A stretch of DNA of 64,000 bases from Chrysomallon squamiferum. Lineage: Eukaryota > Animalia > Mollusca. Position numbers and translations under genes: made by a program. Below the pieces are notes generated by a model. That model had not been told where the DNA came from, searched no databases, and saw only the letters and a program-made list of their open reading frames with translations. The stretch spans positions 5,456,001 through 5,520,000 of the forward strand of contig CM022672.1 in NCBI GenBank assembly GCA_012295275.1. Reading direction: 5' to 3'. This document shows, piece by piece, positions 41,357 to 54,600 of the stretch (its first letter is position 1; every line of letters starts with the position of its first letter).

Positions 41357-44300
41357 ATGGCGGGAGCTTCTGCAATATCGTCTGCCGGTGCTATCCGGAA
41401 CTCTAAGCTGAAGTCCATTGAAGATATAGTGATTGATAAATCGGGAAAGTTCAAGTATATTCTTATGAAGATTCACGATCCAGACAAAGATCGTGAATTT
41501 AAACACATCGTCCGCGGGAACAGCAAAGCGCATTACCACGGTAGGCAGCAAGACGCAAAAGCAAGGGCAGTTCCAGTAGATTTCAAATGGGGAGGGAACA
41601 CCGATACTTCCATTTAATTTTTAGGGGAAAAAAAAAAAAAGAGAAGAAAGTTAGAACATGTAACTAAAATTACTTATTTATTTAATCCGTAATGGGATGG
41701 TGGTCGAAAATGCTAATTATTATTATATAATTTATAATCGGCAAAAAAGATAAATTAATAATTAAATCTGGAACACCCCCTATGCTATTTACTATAATAT
41801 TTCAATTATATTAGAATATTATTACACTGTTCTGTTTGTTGTAAATAATCATATCCCTATTATCACTGCATATGTTTGTATATCATTTAGGTTTATATGC
41901 ACGTAAGTGTATATTTGCATATGTTTATATTAGTGAAAAGGCAGAGACATAAGACGATAAGTATCATTTAGTGACTTTTTAAAAAATAGTTTACATAACA
42001 AACGGCTGCTCTTGCATGACTTTTAATTAAATAATAAATATCCACATTGGACAGCAGTATTTTGTCACATCACCCTGCAAGCATCACTCTTTAAGTGATA
42101 TAACTCAGCAAAGCTATTTGTATTGTTATCAAGATGGACAATAATAATAGTTTTTAAAAAATATTGTAATTTTTTTTAGTATAATCACATGCTCACAATT
42201 TTTGAACATTTATAAAGATCTAAAAATGTAATCTTGGCATTTAACTATTAAGTCATCAAAGTTCACGGAACAAAAGTGTAGATAGATATATATAAATTAT
42301 TCAGCAACTACAACCAGATATAAATTATGCAAACAATTTGTTTGATTTGAATCATCATAAATAATAATTTCTTAAGTATTATTCCATTCAAGCAGAACTT
42401 AATTTCTAAATTTTTATTTTATAATATCTATATCTATCTATCAGTACTTCAGTAAATTTTTATATTAACCATGTTAAGAAACAGAATGTCTTTGTCAGTA
42501 AATTAATGCGAGATCTAATTAATTATTAACAGGAAGAGATTTTATATGTGTACTTTAAGCAAATAAGAAAATACATATCACAGCCTTTAAGATAAAGAGT
42601 AAATTCTAGAATGGGTTACACATACTTCACAGATGCAAATCTGTTTTTCAGTTTTCCTGCACCAGATAAGATTAAAAGCAGACACCAGTTATTTAATTCC
42701 AATGAAATTATAAAATATTTCATACCTCAAAGATTTTATTAAACTTTAAAGATATTTTAATTGCACAGCATGTGGTTGGCATTTTTCCATGATGGAATTG
42801 AAATGGGAAAAACAAGTAAATAATGAAAGTCAAAAATTATTTCTTAAATTTACTGTTAATAAATAATATTATTTGGCCGACTGTTAAATATATAATTAGG
42901 CAGATGGAGTGCTTATGGATTAATACAGTCAGCCCTAAGATTAATGGACAACTGATAAAGGAATATCTAGTGTACCAGAGTGGTGTCATAGGAACAGCAA
43001 CAAAAACATAATATCACATAGCAGATGGTAGTTTTACACATCATACATAGATGTCATAAGCAATGAAAATATTTATAAAAACAATACTGCTGTAATTTCA
43101 TTTATTTTAGCAATGTCTTAGTACTATTGCAATTGATATTGCTGATTTATTATATAAATTATAATTTATTTAGTAAAAATCTGAAGCTATACTGGCAAAT
43201 GGTTGCAATGAATTTATTATTATATTTTGTTTATTTCTTTTTTATTTCACTATAATCAAACCATACTTCAAAAGAACAGGACCATTGCTTCTGAAGGTTT
43301 TAAAAGGATTAGTCACTTTAATTCTTTTTAACATTAGCGCCATTGTGTCTGCTGACTCTTGCATGAAAGAAATAATATTTTCCAAATAACAGTCAATTAC
43401 AGGTTATTAGGTATAATTATTACTGTTGTTACTGACCTGTTTACTATTATTCATATATATTTTAGAAATATTTTTAGTGTTGCTATTAGTACAGCTCTTA
43501 TTACAATAATGATTTTAATAATACTTTATATGTTCACTATAATTATATCTAATCCAGATATAAAGATACTAAATAACTTCCATAATTATACCATGCCTTT
43601 ATTCATGCTGTCACAAATATTTTGCAGATAATCATCAAAAATGTATGTGTGTCTATGTGATACAAATATATATATATATATATCACCTAACTGGTACATC
43701 AATTATGTTCAAAGATCATTGTGCTTATTACTTATGTAATTTAAAATAGCCATTATTAAAATTTTGTAATAGAACTGAACTTTAATGCATGTAATTTGGT
43801 TCACATTTTATCCAGTCTTAATGGTATAGTGTTTAAATCATTGGCTTTAACAATGGACCATTGGTACATAAAAATGTCTGAATCCTGCAGTCATCTCTAG
43901 AACTGTTAGAGGAACCACATATATATATGAATATACCACAGCATCTTTTATCCAGCTGATCAGTAGTCAGACAATACAGATAGACCTTAAGATCTGCTCA
44001 AGGCACATATATTTTGTTAGATACAATAATTTATTTGCCAATTATATTTTAATGCATTTAGAAAAAGACACAAAATATACTTATATACAATAGAATCATA
44101 TACCGACACTCAGAGAAAGAACTAGTATAGACCACATTTACAAAGATAGTGAAATTATTTTCCTTGAGTATAGAGGTCAGGTTTTAAAGTACTCTGTTGT
44201 CTGTGACAACCCAATTTCCACTAAAGCAATCAAATTACAGAAACTGAAATATAGATTTTTCTCTTGTAAAAGTGAAAATCCAGTCTGTTTCACAGTTTTA

Positions 44301-47300
44301 TTATACTCTCACTAAACAGAAAAATGTCAGTTTGGTTCTAGGGTTTTTTCTCAACCGTTTATTAAATCTACAGCAGATGTAAAAAAAAAAAGAAAAAAAA
44401 AAGAAAAGAATGTTATTTAATTATACACACGAGTTAAAATACAGTGGAAAGTATTTGTACAAATGTATGATTTATTACGTATTTCCAATATATAAATACT
44501 TGTTTTTGGTTTTTGATTTATTTTCATTAACGCATTTTGTTAAAACATCACATGTTCATAAAAGCACATGACATCACTTATCAAGTTAGCTTATGAATAT
44601 TGTTTGTTGCACATACACAATATAATATCAAAAGTGTTATGAGTCAAACAACATCAGATTGGATGAAAGATGTCTTAATCATTTCAGCTGTGGAGCAGAT
44701 GATGGGAACATAATATAAAAGTGATCATTAATTCCACTTAACAGAAACCAGAAAACTTCATCATGGTTGTATGGATATAATTTGATTATCAAAATGTTTC
44801 CCTAAACAAATCAGTTGAGAATAGTCTTGCCTTTGATTAAAAAGGAAGCCTCGAGAGACTGCATTCATTTACCAAATAATTTTCAAAACAAATTATTTTG
44901 ATCAGTCAATTAAGTCATTTATAACAGTAATTTAATGTATTAAATATTTAAGTGTAAAAATAATTTAAAAAAAAAATTTAAATACTTTAATATTTCTGTA
45001 CAGTTCCAAATCTGCTTTGTTAAATTTAAAGGAAAAAAAGACAAGAAATCAGTCACAACTTTAATAGATTTGAACAATCAAATCAAACACAAAATACAGG
45101 ACAGTTTATTACTGGAAGTTTTTGTCATGGTTTTTGGTGTTGGTGTTTTAATCAGAACGATCCAGTTGATGTTGGCATTGTGCATGTCACACAGGTTTGG
45201 GACAGACTGACTGAACATATCTACCCAGCACTCAAGTCTGAATATACTGAAGTGGTGTTTTCTTATTACAGCAAGCTGTTGAGCAACATTCATGTATTAT
45301 TTTCTAGCTTATCCACTGGCCATTTACATTTTTAAAATGCAAGATGAATGTTCACATACATTATACTCCTTCATTTTAGTAACTGTAGATGTCTGGATGA
45401 TCTTGACATATATAACATATACATACATCTGTCCACACACACACACACATTTCATACATGAATGCATAGCAACATACATGCAATAAAGTTTAAAATGAAT
45501 TGGTGATCTTAATACATTTAATATGATACAATTAATTTACATCATGCAGTTTTGATTCTTGAACTTAGCAATTACTTGGTACATTTTTTATAACTAAGAT
45601 CAAGTTTTGTTTGTTAGATTGTTTTGTCAAATAACCGACCACTGTTAATTTCTGGCAATTCTTTTGATGCAAGTGTTAATTGGCTATTGCAAAAAGTGAT
45701 TTCAGTAAAGAGAGGTAAAAAGATAAAAATTCTTGAACACATTAGCAGGATGGAAAATGAATAAAAATAAATATATATATTATATAAAAGGAAAGAAAAA
45801 TGAATTCTATTATAAAATGATAAAAATATGAATAAATAAAAATTACTAACAAATTATTTAATCAAAGCTTAGGTTCAGAATTGTTTGAACACTGTATTTG
45901 CTGGAAAAAAAAAAAAAAATTGAATGAGATCAAAAGCTTTTTCTTAACAGAATGATCAACTTGTCAGCAAAGTGAATGATCTTGTTTTATTTTCTTTGTT
46001 CAATTTCACAAATGATTAAACAATGAAAAATAGAGAATTCTTTTATTATCAATTTTATTTATTAAAAAAGGCCAATAAATTTAAAAAAATCACATTTTTG
46101 TAAATGTTTAATAATGCAAGAAAAATAATTATGTAGATTTGTTAGAGCTTTGGCTAATGGAATTTATTCATTTATTAGTGTGTTTGTGAGGTAAAGGTGC
46201 CTGTGTTCATAATTACTTGTTAGTACTAAGTATTTTAAGGTCTTGTTAGACAAATATTCCTTCATTCTGACTAAACTAACAGTTTCAAGATTTGTTCTCT
46301 TCCTTTAATTTTACATTTTTGTACAAGCCAATGTTCATAATTACATGTTAATACTGAAATATGTTATATGACAAATATCCTTTAATTCTGACTAATCTTA
46401 CATTACACAAAAAAAATCAAAGATAAATGAAAAGTTCAGTAAATAGCTGAACTTGAAAAACTAAAACCATATATATTTTGTGTCTTTTATATCTGTTTCA
46501 TTTCATTTTTATGACTTTCATTTAATCATTACTTTTCTATGCTACACACATGATTCATACATTTTTTGCATACATTTGGAAAAGAAATCTGTTATCTTTA
46601 TATGAATAAGTTAGGTATGTTTGATAGTCATAAACCCACCACTAATAATTGCACATTTAGTACTTTTATTACCTGCTGGGTAAAAGAAATGATTTTCTGT
46701 GGTATACACATATTGTGTATTGCACACTTGGAATACGTATATTTATACAATCGTACCTGTATGTAACAGGTGGTGCTGATTAGAGAACAATGTGTTTTTA
46801 TTTTTCATCTGTACACATACATATTTTACAAGTATTTATTTTTTCTGCTGTGTGTACCTCTGCATGTGTGTTTGCTTTGTATTCTTAGGTCTTATACACA
46901 CTTTTCAAAGCACCACAACACTGTAATTGGTTCACAAGTTTTGACATTTGGAATGAGTGATAACAAACATATTTCGCTGGAAAGTCAGCCGAACTGAGTC
47001 TTAGCCAGGCAGTACCATCACGAAAAAAAATGTGGCTGAGAACATTGTAGACATTCCAGCAGCAGGTAATCAATCTGACTAAAACTCAGTTTTCATTCAC
47101 TCATACGCAGAGGCGCATATAAACGTGTGGGTGGTAACAGCATTGATTCCCCCTCTGGGGATAATCCATCGTATTTCTTTGCCCATTCTGATACATAATA
47201 TCAAAGACTCCCATTTTAGTCATTTAGAAAATAAAACAGAGCTGCTGCAAGAATTTTATAAAAAAAAATTATGTGTTTTATTAAAGAATTTAACACAAAC

Positions 47301-50300
47301 TGTATTGTCCATTCTGACCAATAATTCAGTCAATTTGCACCTGTCTTCCATTGTCATAATTTGCAAAATGAAAGCATTTGAAGGAGAAACAATTTTTTAT
47401 TTTTTTTTTTTTTTTTTGTAGGTTTTAAATGTTAATATCTTTGTTGAATAAATAATTTATTAGTCATTCAAAGCAGTAGTTCATTAGTTTATCCAAGTTT
47501 TCCAGTTCTGCTTTCAGTTTTCAGAGGAATAAAAAGTTATGAAAGTATTCCTTTCTTCTAGATATGTAGGTCATTAAACAGCATTTTATTTTATTTACTC
47601 CACATAATTTTTATATAAATAAATGTGCATATTTTAAATACCTTATAGTTATATGTAATGTAAATATAACAATACACTGATTGATTTACATGGTGCACAC
47701 ACACATACACACACACACAACAGCACAATGCAGTGATACACAGATATGTTTAACTATGTAATATACATCTTAGGCTCATTGAATATGATTATATTACACT
47801 TCTCAATGAGCCAGTAATACATACACATTAGCTATGTGATACTGCACAAATTTTCACTGTGAATTTGGTAAAGATTTTACATATATACAATTACACTACA
47901 AGAACAAAGAGAGAGAATGTGAAATAATCTTTACAGCATTTTCTTTAGCACAAGTATACATATATATATATATACACATATATACATACACATACATACA
48001 TACACATATACATACACATATACATACATGTGTGCTAAAGAAAATCCTGTAAAGATTATTTCACTCTCTTTCACTTTGTTTTCATGGTGTGAGTAATTAT
48101 TCAAATAACTTTGAAAGCAGTCTCAGAGAAAGAGCTGAATGCTTTTTGAATCTTTGAGATCATGTGCATGCAGGAATACCTGGAAAATCCACCAGATATC
48201 TTTACAAATTCCTCTGGCAGCACAGAGAATGCAAACTGCACATGAGTGTATAGAGTAGCTGTATCTTTTTTTTGTGTTGTTTTTTCTTCAACCAGACTGA
48301 TTTAGAAAGAATAACATTACCATGACTCTAACATCTCTTTAAGACAGACATGTTAACATATGCATATGTGTTTGTTCTGTACATGTTCCATATGTTTACC
48401 TTTTACTTCCTTTTCTTTTTTGTTGTAATTTTGAAGTTTTCTTATTGTTTAATGCAGGATGGGATTTATTTTTGCTTTATAAGAATGTTTTACTGTACTA
48501 AATTTGTAACATGTCATGGTTATAATTTCTTTTCTTTTTTTTTTATCATATTTTTTCTTTTTTTTTTGTTGATTATAATATTTTTGATTGTTTTTGGATT
48601 AATTTAATTAAATAATATTATTCTAAAATGTTGTAGCTTGGAACTTTTTATTTATTTATTTGTTTATTTTTAATTTATTATTGTTGTTGTTGCTATAATT
48701 TAGAAAGTACTGTTAATGTCAAATTCTGAAACATATACACACATGCAGCCTGTTTCTCTTTGGTGCAGCAGGTTTTAAAGAATGTGAATCTTTTTTCAGT
48801 TTTCTTTGTTTTGTCCTTCATTATGATTTTTTTGAAGGAATACATGAAAATGCATTATTTTTATTTATTATCATTTGAATATATCATTAAAAAGTATGGC
48901 GAATATGTGAAATACTGTATCACATACAATTCAGAAAAGACATATACCAGTATGATGATCTGTGTTTGCTGTCTCTCTTCCAAACTTACATCAAGAGTAA
49001 TTATAAATAATAATAACAATATATAATTCAGGTTTAAGGTGTTGTATTTTGCCAAGTATGTTACATAGTTTTGTCATTACAATTTTATATAATTTGGTTA
49101 TATTTGATTACACAATATCATTAGATCATATTATTTTATTCATCATGTTAGGTATATTTATTCAGTCAGATGTATTCTTCTTACAAATTATGTTTTAATT
49201 AGCCTATTCTGATACTAATATACTTTAGTTTTGTAAATCATCTAATTTGTTATCGCTGTTTTACTGATATTGCCAGTTTGTTGTATTTCAATTATTTAGT
49301 TAAATATGTTTGGTATTTTCTTAATTAAAATTTATTTATAATTTACACACCTTCTGCCTTCATGATATGACAGTGATGCTTAAATTATTTTACCTGGAAT
49401 GCTTGGTATTTTTGTAATTAAATTTCATATCTAATTTATATTTTCTTCATTCTTAATTTTATTAGATGGGAATTACCTGAATTATTTTGTGCAGGATGTC
49501 TGGAATTTTGGTAAAATTAAAAGATTTATATCTAATTTAATTATCATTTGCATTCGCATTGCTGTTAGATCAGGATTACTTAAATTATTTTGTCAAGTAT
49601 GTTTGGTATTTTCATAACATCACACACACACACACACTGTTTTTATATTTCTTCTCGCTGCATTATCTGTTTATCCTAATCTAACCCAACACAAGGAGAT
49701 GTTTAGTAAATCAACACGAAAAACATATCTGTCATAATTGTTCCAAGGAGCCTTTCTTTTACTGCTAAACTTTTGTTGGCCATAATTCAAGTACCACTGG
49801 GAGCCCGTACTTGCTTGGGGCTAGGAAGTGTGATACAGTTGTTGGTGATTTGTGAATTGCTGATGTTCCAGCCCATCCTGCTGTAGCAGCAGTAGCTTGG
49901 TGTGTAGCCGAGTGCACCACCAGCACAGAAGGTTGGTGAACCCGAGGATGATGTATATTTATCGTGACTTGCGAATGTTCCTTATGTTACTCCCATTCAG
50001 GTTAGAGAAGGTTACTGCTTTCTGGTGTTCTCTATCACCTGTGTTACACTGGTAACTGGTAGAATTACTAGCTGTATTACACGTTATTGTCAGTCCACAT
50101 TTGTACGAGTCATGTTTTATACATTAATTTAATTTTTTACCTGTAACACTGGCTGATGTTACCAGACGTTTTAGTTATATAGCATTTTTCACTGTTAGTT
50201 AGTGCAAAAATTTCATCAGAGTTTAACTTTAAAAAAAAAAAAAAAAAAATTAATGAAAACTGTTTATTCTTCTAAAATGGTCAGTCTTGTTAATGTCTTT

Positions 50301-51646
50301 TTTTTTTTTTATCACCATTTTAATGCAAAAGAAAATGATCTTTACAGATGTGTTTGTAGGTGTGTATTTACAAATAAACACAACTTATATTTTATTTAAT
50401 GGTAATTATAGTTTTACCTTGATAATAAATATGTGGGTTTTATGTGTGGGGGTGTGTGTAATTTTGTTAGGTGTTTTTTTTCAGTTAGTTTTGTTTTGGG
50501 TTGTTTTTGTTTGTTGTTGTTTTTTTATGTAGGGAAGAAATAGATCTCTCAGTTCTTTACTAAAAATGCATCACAAACTCACATTTCTATAATTTTCAAA
50601 TGTAAACTAAAAAGAAAGTAAGTTCTAAAAAAGATACATTTATGTGTTCTGCATTATCACTAACAAAAATTTATATATCAAAATATGTTGATTACCATTT
50701 TATTGAAAAAATTATTATAAATAAATGATAATTTAATAAACAAAAATAACTAGATCATGATTATATTTTGAATCTTCACATATTAAAAATATAGAAATCA
50801 AAGGGGGATTTCTGAAAGATAAAAAAATTGTGTTTCTTGGTATTTTATGGAAGAGACATTTCAGACAGTTACTGGTAGATCCTATATATCTACATTCCAA
50901 ACTAAGAATAAATGCTGAAGGTCAGTAACATAGGAAGAAGAATATATGTTTATTTACACAGGATACATTGTGTTTATTTGTCAATACCAGATTATGCATT
51001 TCACTGCAACTGTATATTTATACTTTTCACACTTGTTGAAAAACTGAAAAACAAAATATATTCACAATGAAATATTTGGCACTGTCTGCATTTGTTTTAC
51101 ATCCTTTTTTACAAACATATTTTCTCAGTCTGCTAAAAATGCTAACAGAATGTTGTTTTTACATGTTTGTCTGTTTGCATGTTAGTCAGTTTTCTTTTAA
51201 AATGAATGTATTAGTTAGGAATCTTTGTAATAAATAAACACATATTGGAGGAGATAGTTTTTGTCTTACAGCTTTGACTTTTGCAATTTATTTCCTTCCA
51301 CATCTACAACCTGACAAAAAGAAAAAAGGAAAAAAAAGAAATAAAATCTGGGTTCAGTTTCTTACTGTATATGCTATCTGACAGAAACGGAAAAAGTTGG
51401 GTAATATTTCATAAACAAAGAAATAAACAAATTCCAAGCATTGTCCAATCAGAATGTTATCCAGTTGTAAATGGGCTATCTCTGTTAATAGTGAGGTTTG
51501 CTAATTACAAAAACACTGTTAACATTTTCATTTACATATAAATATTAAATTTGTTTTAAACATTTAAATTTTATTGTATCTTTCAAAGTATTGATATGAG
51601 ATGCATACAATGCAGTTATATCAGATTCATTTTGTATATATATGTA

Positions 51647-51691
<45 letters not shown>

Positions 51692-54600
51692 TTGTTTATT
51701 TATTTTTAGGTTTATTTTAGGTCTTATGCCATTTGTAATTCTCACAATCTACAAATACATTTGTATACACACCTACACTTTCATGTACTTTTAAAAACAC
51801 GTATGCACATTTACAGGTATGCATTCACACATCCTGTAAATTCCTAATACTGTAAAAATTCTTTCTCTGGATAAATACAAACACAAACATAACAGCTCTA
51901 TGGCTTGTAAAACTAAGGTGCCAGGTATAACTGTAATGGCAGTAGATACATACAACCTAACAGCAGCTGTTTAAAACATCACTTGACAATCTGCTGAATC
52001 ATCGATGCTATCATCTCAGTTCATCAGGATGATCATTTCATGATGATATAATTTACATCCTGAACTTAGGTTCAGGCATTTCCAGCAGTAGATGAGTTAC
52101 ACGCCTGGCCTGGCAGTCAGCTGGTGTTCATATTTTTCAGGCTTGTATGCTCTCAATCTTTAAATATTTTGTCCATCAGTTCATGTGACTAATATATGGT
52201 AAAAAGCAAGCTGAAGTTCTGTGGAAAGAATGCTGCTTTGAGGCATCACCATTTCTCTTCAGTGAACCTGTTTTCCATTCTAGGCAATGCTCCACACTAG
52301 TTTATCAAAAGATGTGGTATACACTTTCCTGTTTATCAGAAAATGTATGTAGTTATAAAATCTTGAGCTCATGATTGACAAGTAGACTGTCGAATTGTGG
52401 TGTTCAGTTTCCTCTCATTATGCACCGAAAGCCATATGTTTCACATTTATAAACTGTTAACATTTAAAGGTTTGAGTATTAAATATTCATCCATTCTGAT
52501 AAATGTTATTGCTCTGATATTAAAAAAACATTTATAGATATATATATATATATATAATAAAATGTGTGTGTGTGTGTGTGTATGTGTATATATATATATA
52601 TATGTATATATATATGTTTATATTAGTATTAAGAAGGCAATAGTAAAAAAAAATAATAATAATAATTATAAAAAAAGAAGCAACAAAACAAACAACAACA
52701 TTGTAAACATTCTCACAATTTCATATCCTGATGCACTGATTATTAGGTAAATATCAAGTACAGTTCATTAATGACAAGATTAATGTTTAATGAGAGCTTA
52801 AGACAGTTTTTACATTAATGGTTATTTTTGTGTCTTACTTCAGCTAAATCACCAAAGTGTAAATAATTGACAGTGCTGTCTTAACTGCATTTATTTTTAG
52901 CATGGTATTTTTATTTTGTTTTATTTTTTTTCACTTTCATGTATCATACAGAAATTAGCCCAAAGGATGCAACCAAAGAGGGCTGATCCTGTGACTTGGA
53001 GGCCATGTTCTTTTCTTTTTTCTTTTTTCATTTTTCATTTTACAAATATATGTAAGAAGACAAAGATAATTATTGCAGCACTGTCAGTGAACCAAACTGA
53101 AGATTATGACAATAACTACTGTCTGCTGTAGTTCTTTGTTCGAAGAAAATTCTGATGGAATGGCAAACATTATGTTCTCTTAGTCCTTTCATGTTAGTGC
53201 TAATTTATCATGTTCTGTTGTTTGGTAGAAAGGTTTCCTTTATTGCCAACCATTGCAGGTGTCTGTGAAATGTTTACAAAGGTAACTCTTAGTTCCTCCC
53301 AGTGTAGGTTCAACCTTTTCATCAAAGTGCTGCAACATTGTCCAGATAGATGTATGGGAACATAATGCATTCTTCCATCAGATGTGTTGCTTGCTGTCTC
53401 ATTTTGCTTTCATGTGTTGTTCAGTTAAAAAATTAGCCTGAATGCATAGCAAACCATAAATGTTATCCGAGGCATGCAAACCAAAGGAGATTTGATATAT
53501 ATTTGTACTTAATATGTCCAAGAGTAAAACATATCTGAGACATATGATATAGTTACACACTAGCTATGTGTACTTAAGTAACATAAATCTGACATATCTT
53601 CTAATGTACTTAAGAATGAGTAAGGAAGGAATGTTTGACACTTCAAGTAATTTTATTAATACGTGTAAAAGATATAACCTTTATTTAATGCTCATATGAG
53701 CAAGTAGCAGCAAGATATTTTTTTATAATCATCTTCCCACGAGTGAGAAACAAGATGCCATAGCTTTTAGTTAAGAGGTTAAGAATTACCTGCAATAAAC
53801 TATGAACTTAATACTTTAATAAAGTCGATTTGATATTTATAGTTAAAGCTCTTACTTATAGCCATACTTTCACCGTTATATATATATTCAGATGTCATGT
53901 TATGCCTTTTAGAAAAAGCCTTTGTAAATATATATGTGTGTGTGGTATTATGTATATGTATATATGTATATTATACACACATACACACACAGTATACTGG
54001 TTACTGTCTTAAGATATCATTTTTATCATGTGAAGGTATGATATACTATGAATGAACTAATTCTTCAAGCCTGTGTCGAACTGCATTACGCCATTCAACC
54101 TGAGCAGGATAAAGATAATATCTTAAAACAGTAACCAGTCTTTTCTTTTATCTTGCTATCTAAATGAAATTAACCGTTTTATTTCTCAACTCATTAATGA
54201 CAGAATGAAAACTGCTTCTAAAATGGTTGGGTTTTTTTAAGCTCTAAACCAGAAATTAAACACTAAAGAAGTGAATTTGAACAATTTATAATTATATGTA
54301 AACAAGAAGTAATTTTCAAATACCATTCTGTATCAAAAAGCTGTATTTTGGGGTTGGTAAGAATCTAGGATGCATGTGTTTAATATTAATTTTTGGAGCA
54401 CACACCTATTCATTTCACCTTGTAATGATATGTACCTGTGTTTCACTGTGTGATGGTTTGTGTGCATGTATTTCTGAATGGAGGAATGTTTTAGTCATTA
54501 TAACAATCCATGTTTTGACAGTTTTCCTCCTGTCATGAATTTTCCATTCAACTTATTACACAAACACCTCATCATTTTTGCCTCTTTCTCAATGAAAATA

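Noticed and set aside
45030-45334. ~100-codon stop-free plus-strand frame in the PHPT1 intron
   Set aside because: No ATG, no good acceptor and no recognisable homology; a few such runs are expected by chance in 64 kb.
46375-46383. Perfect U12 donor ATATCCTTT inside PHPT1 intron 1
   Set aside because: No upstream exon or matching branch site seen. It lies in a diverged duplication whose other copy lacks it, and the motif is expected by chance.
49676-49780. CTAACCC followed by U-rich tracts, reminiscent of a telomerase RNA template/pseudoknot or a MALAT1-type ENE
   Set aside because: The template match is only 7 nt; no A-rich complementary strand, P6.1 hairpin, H/ACA tail or tRNA-like element was found.
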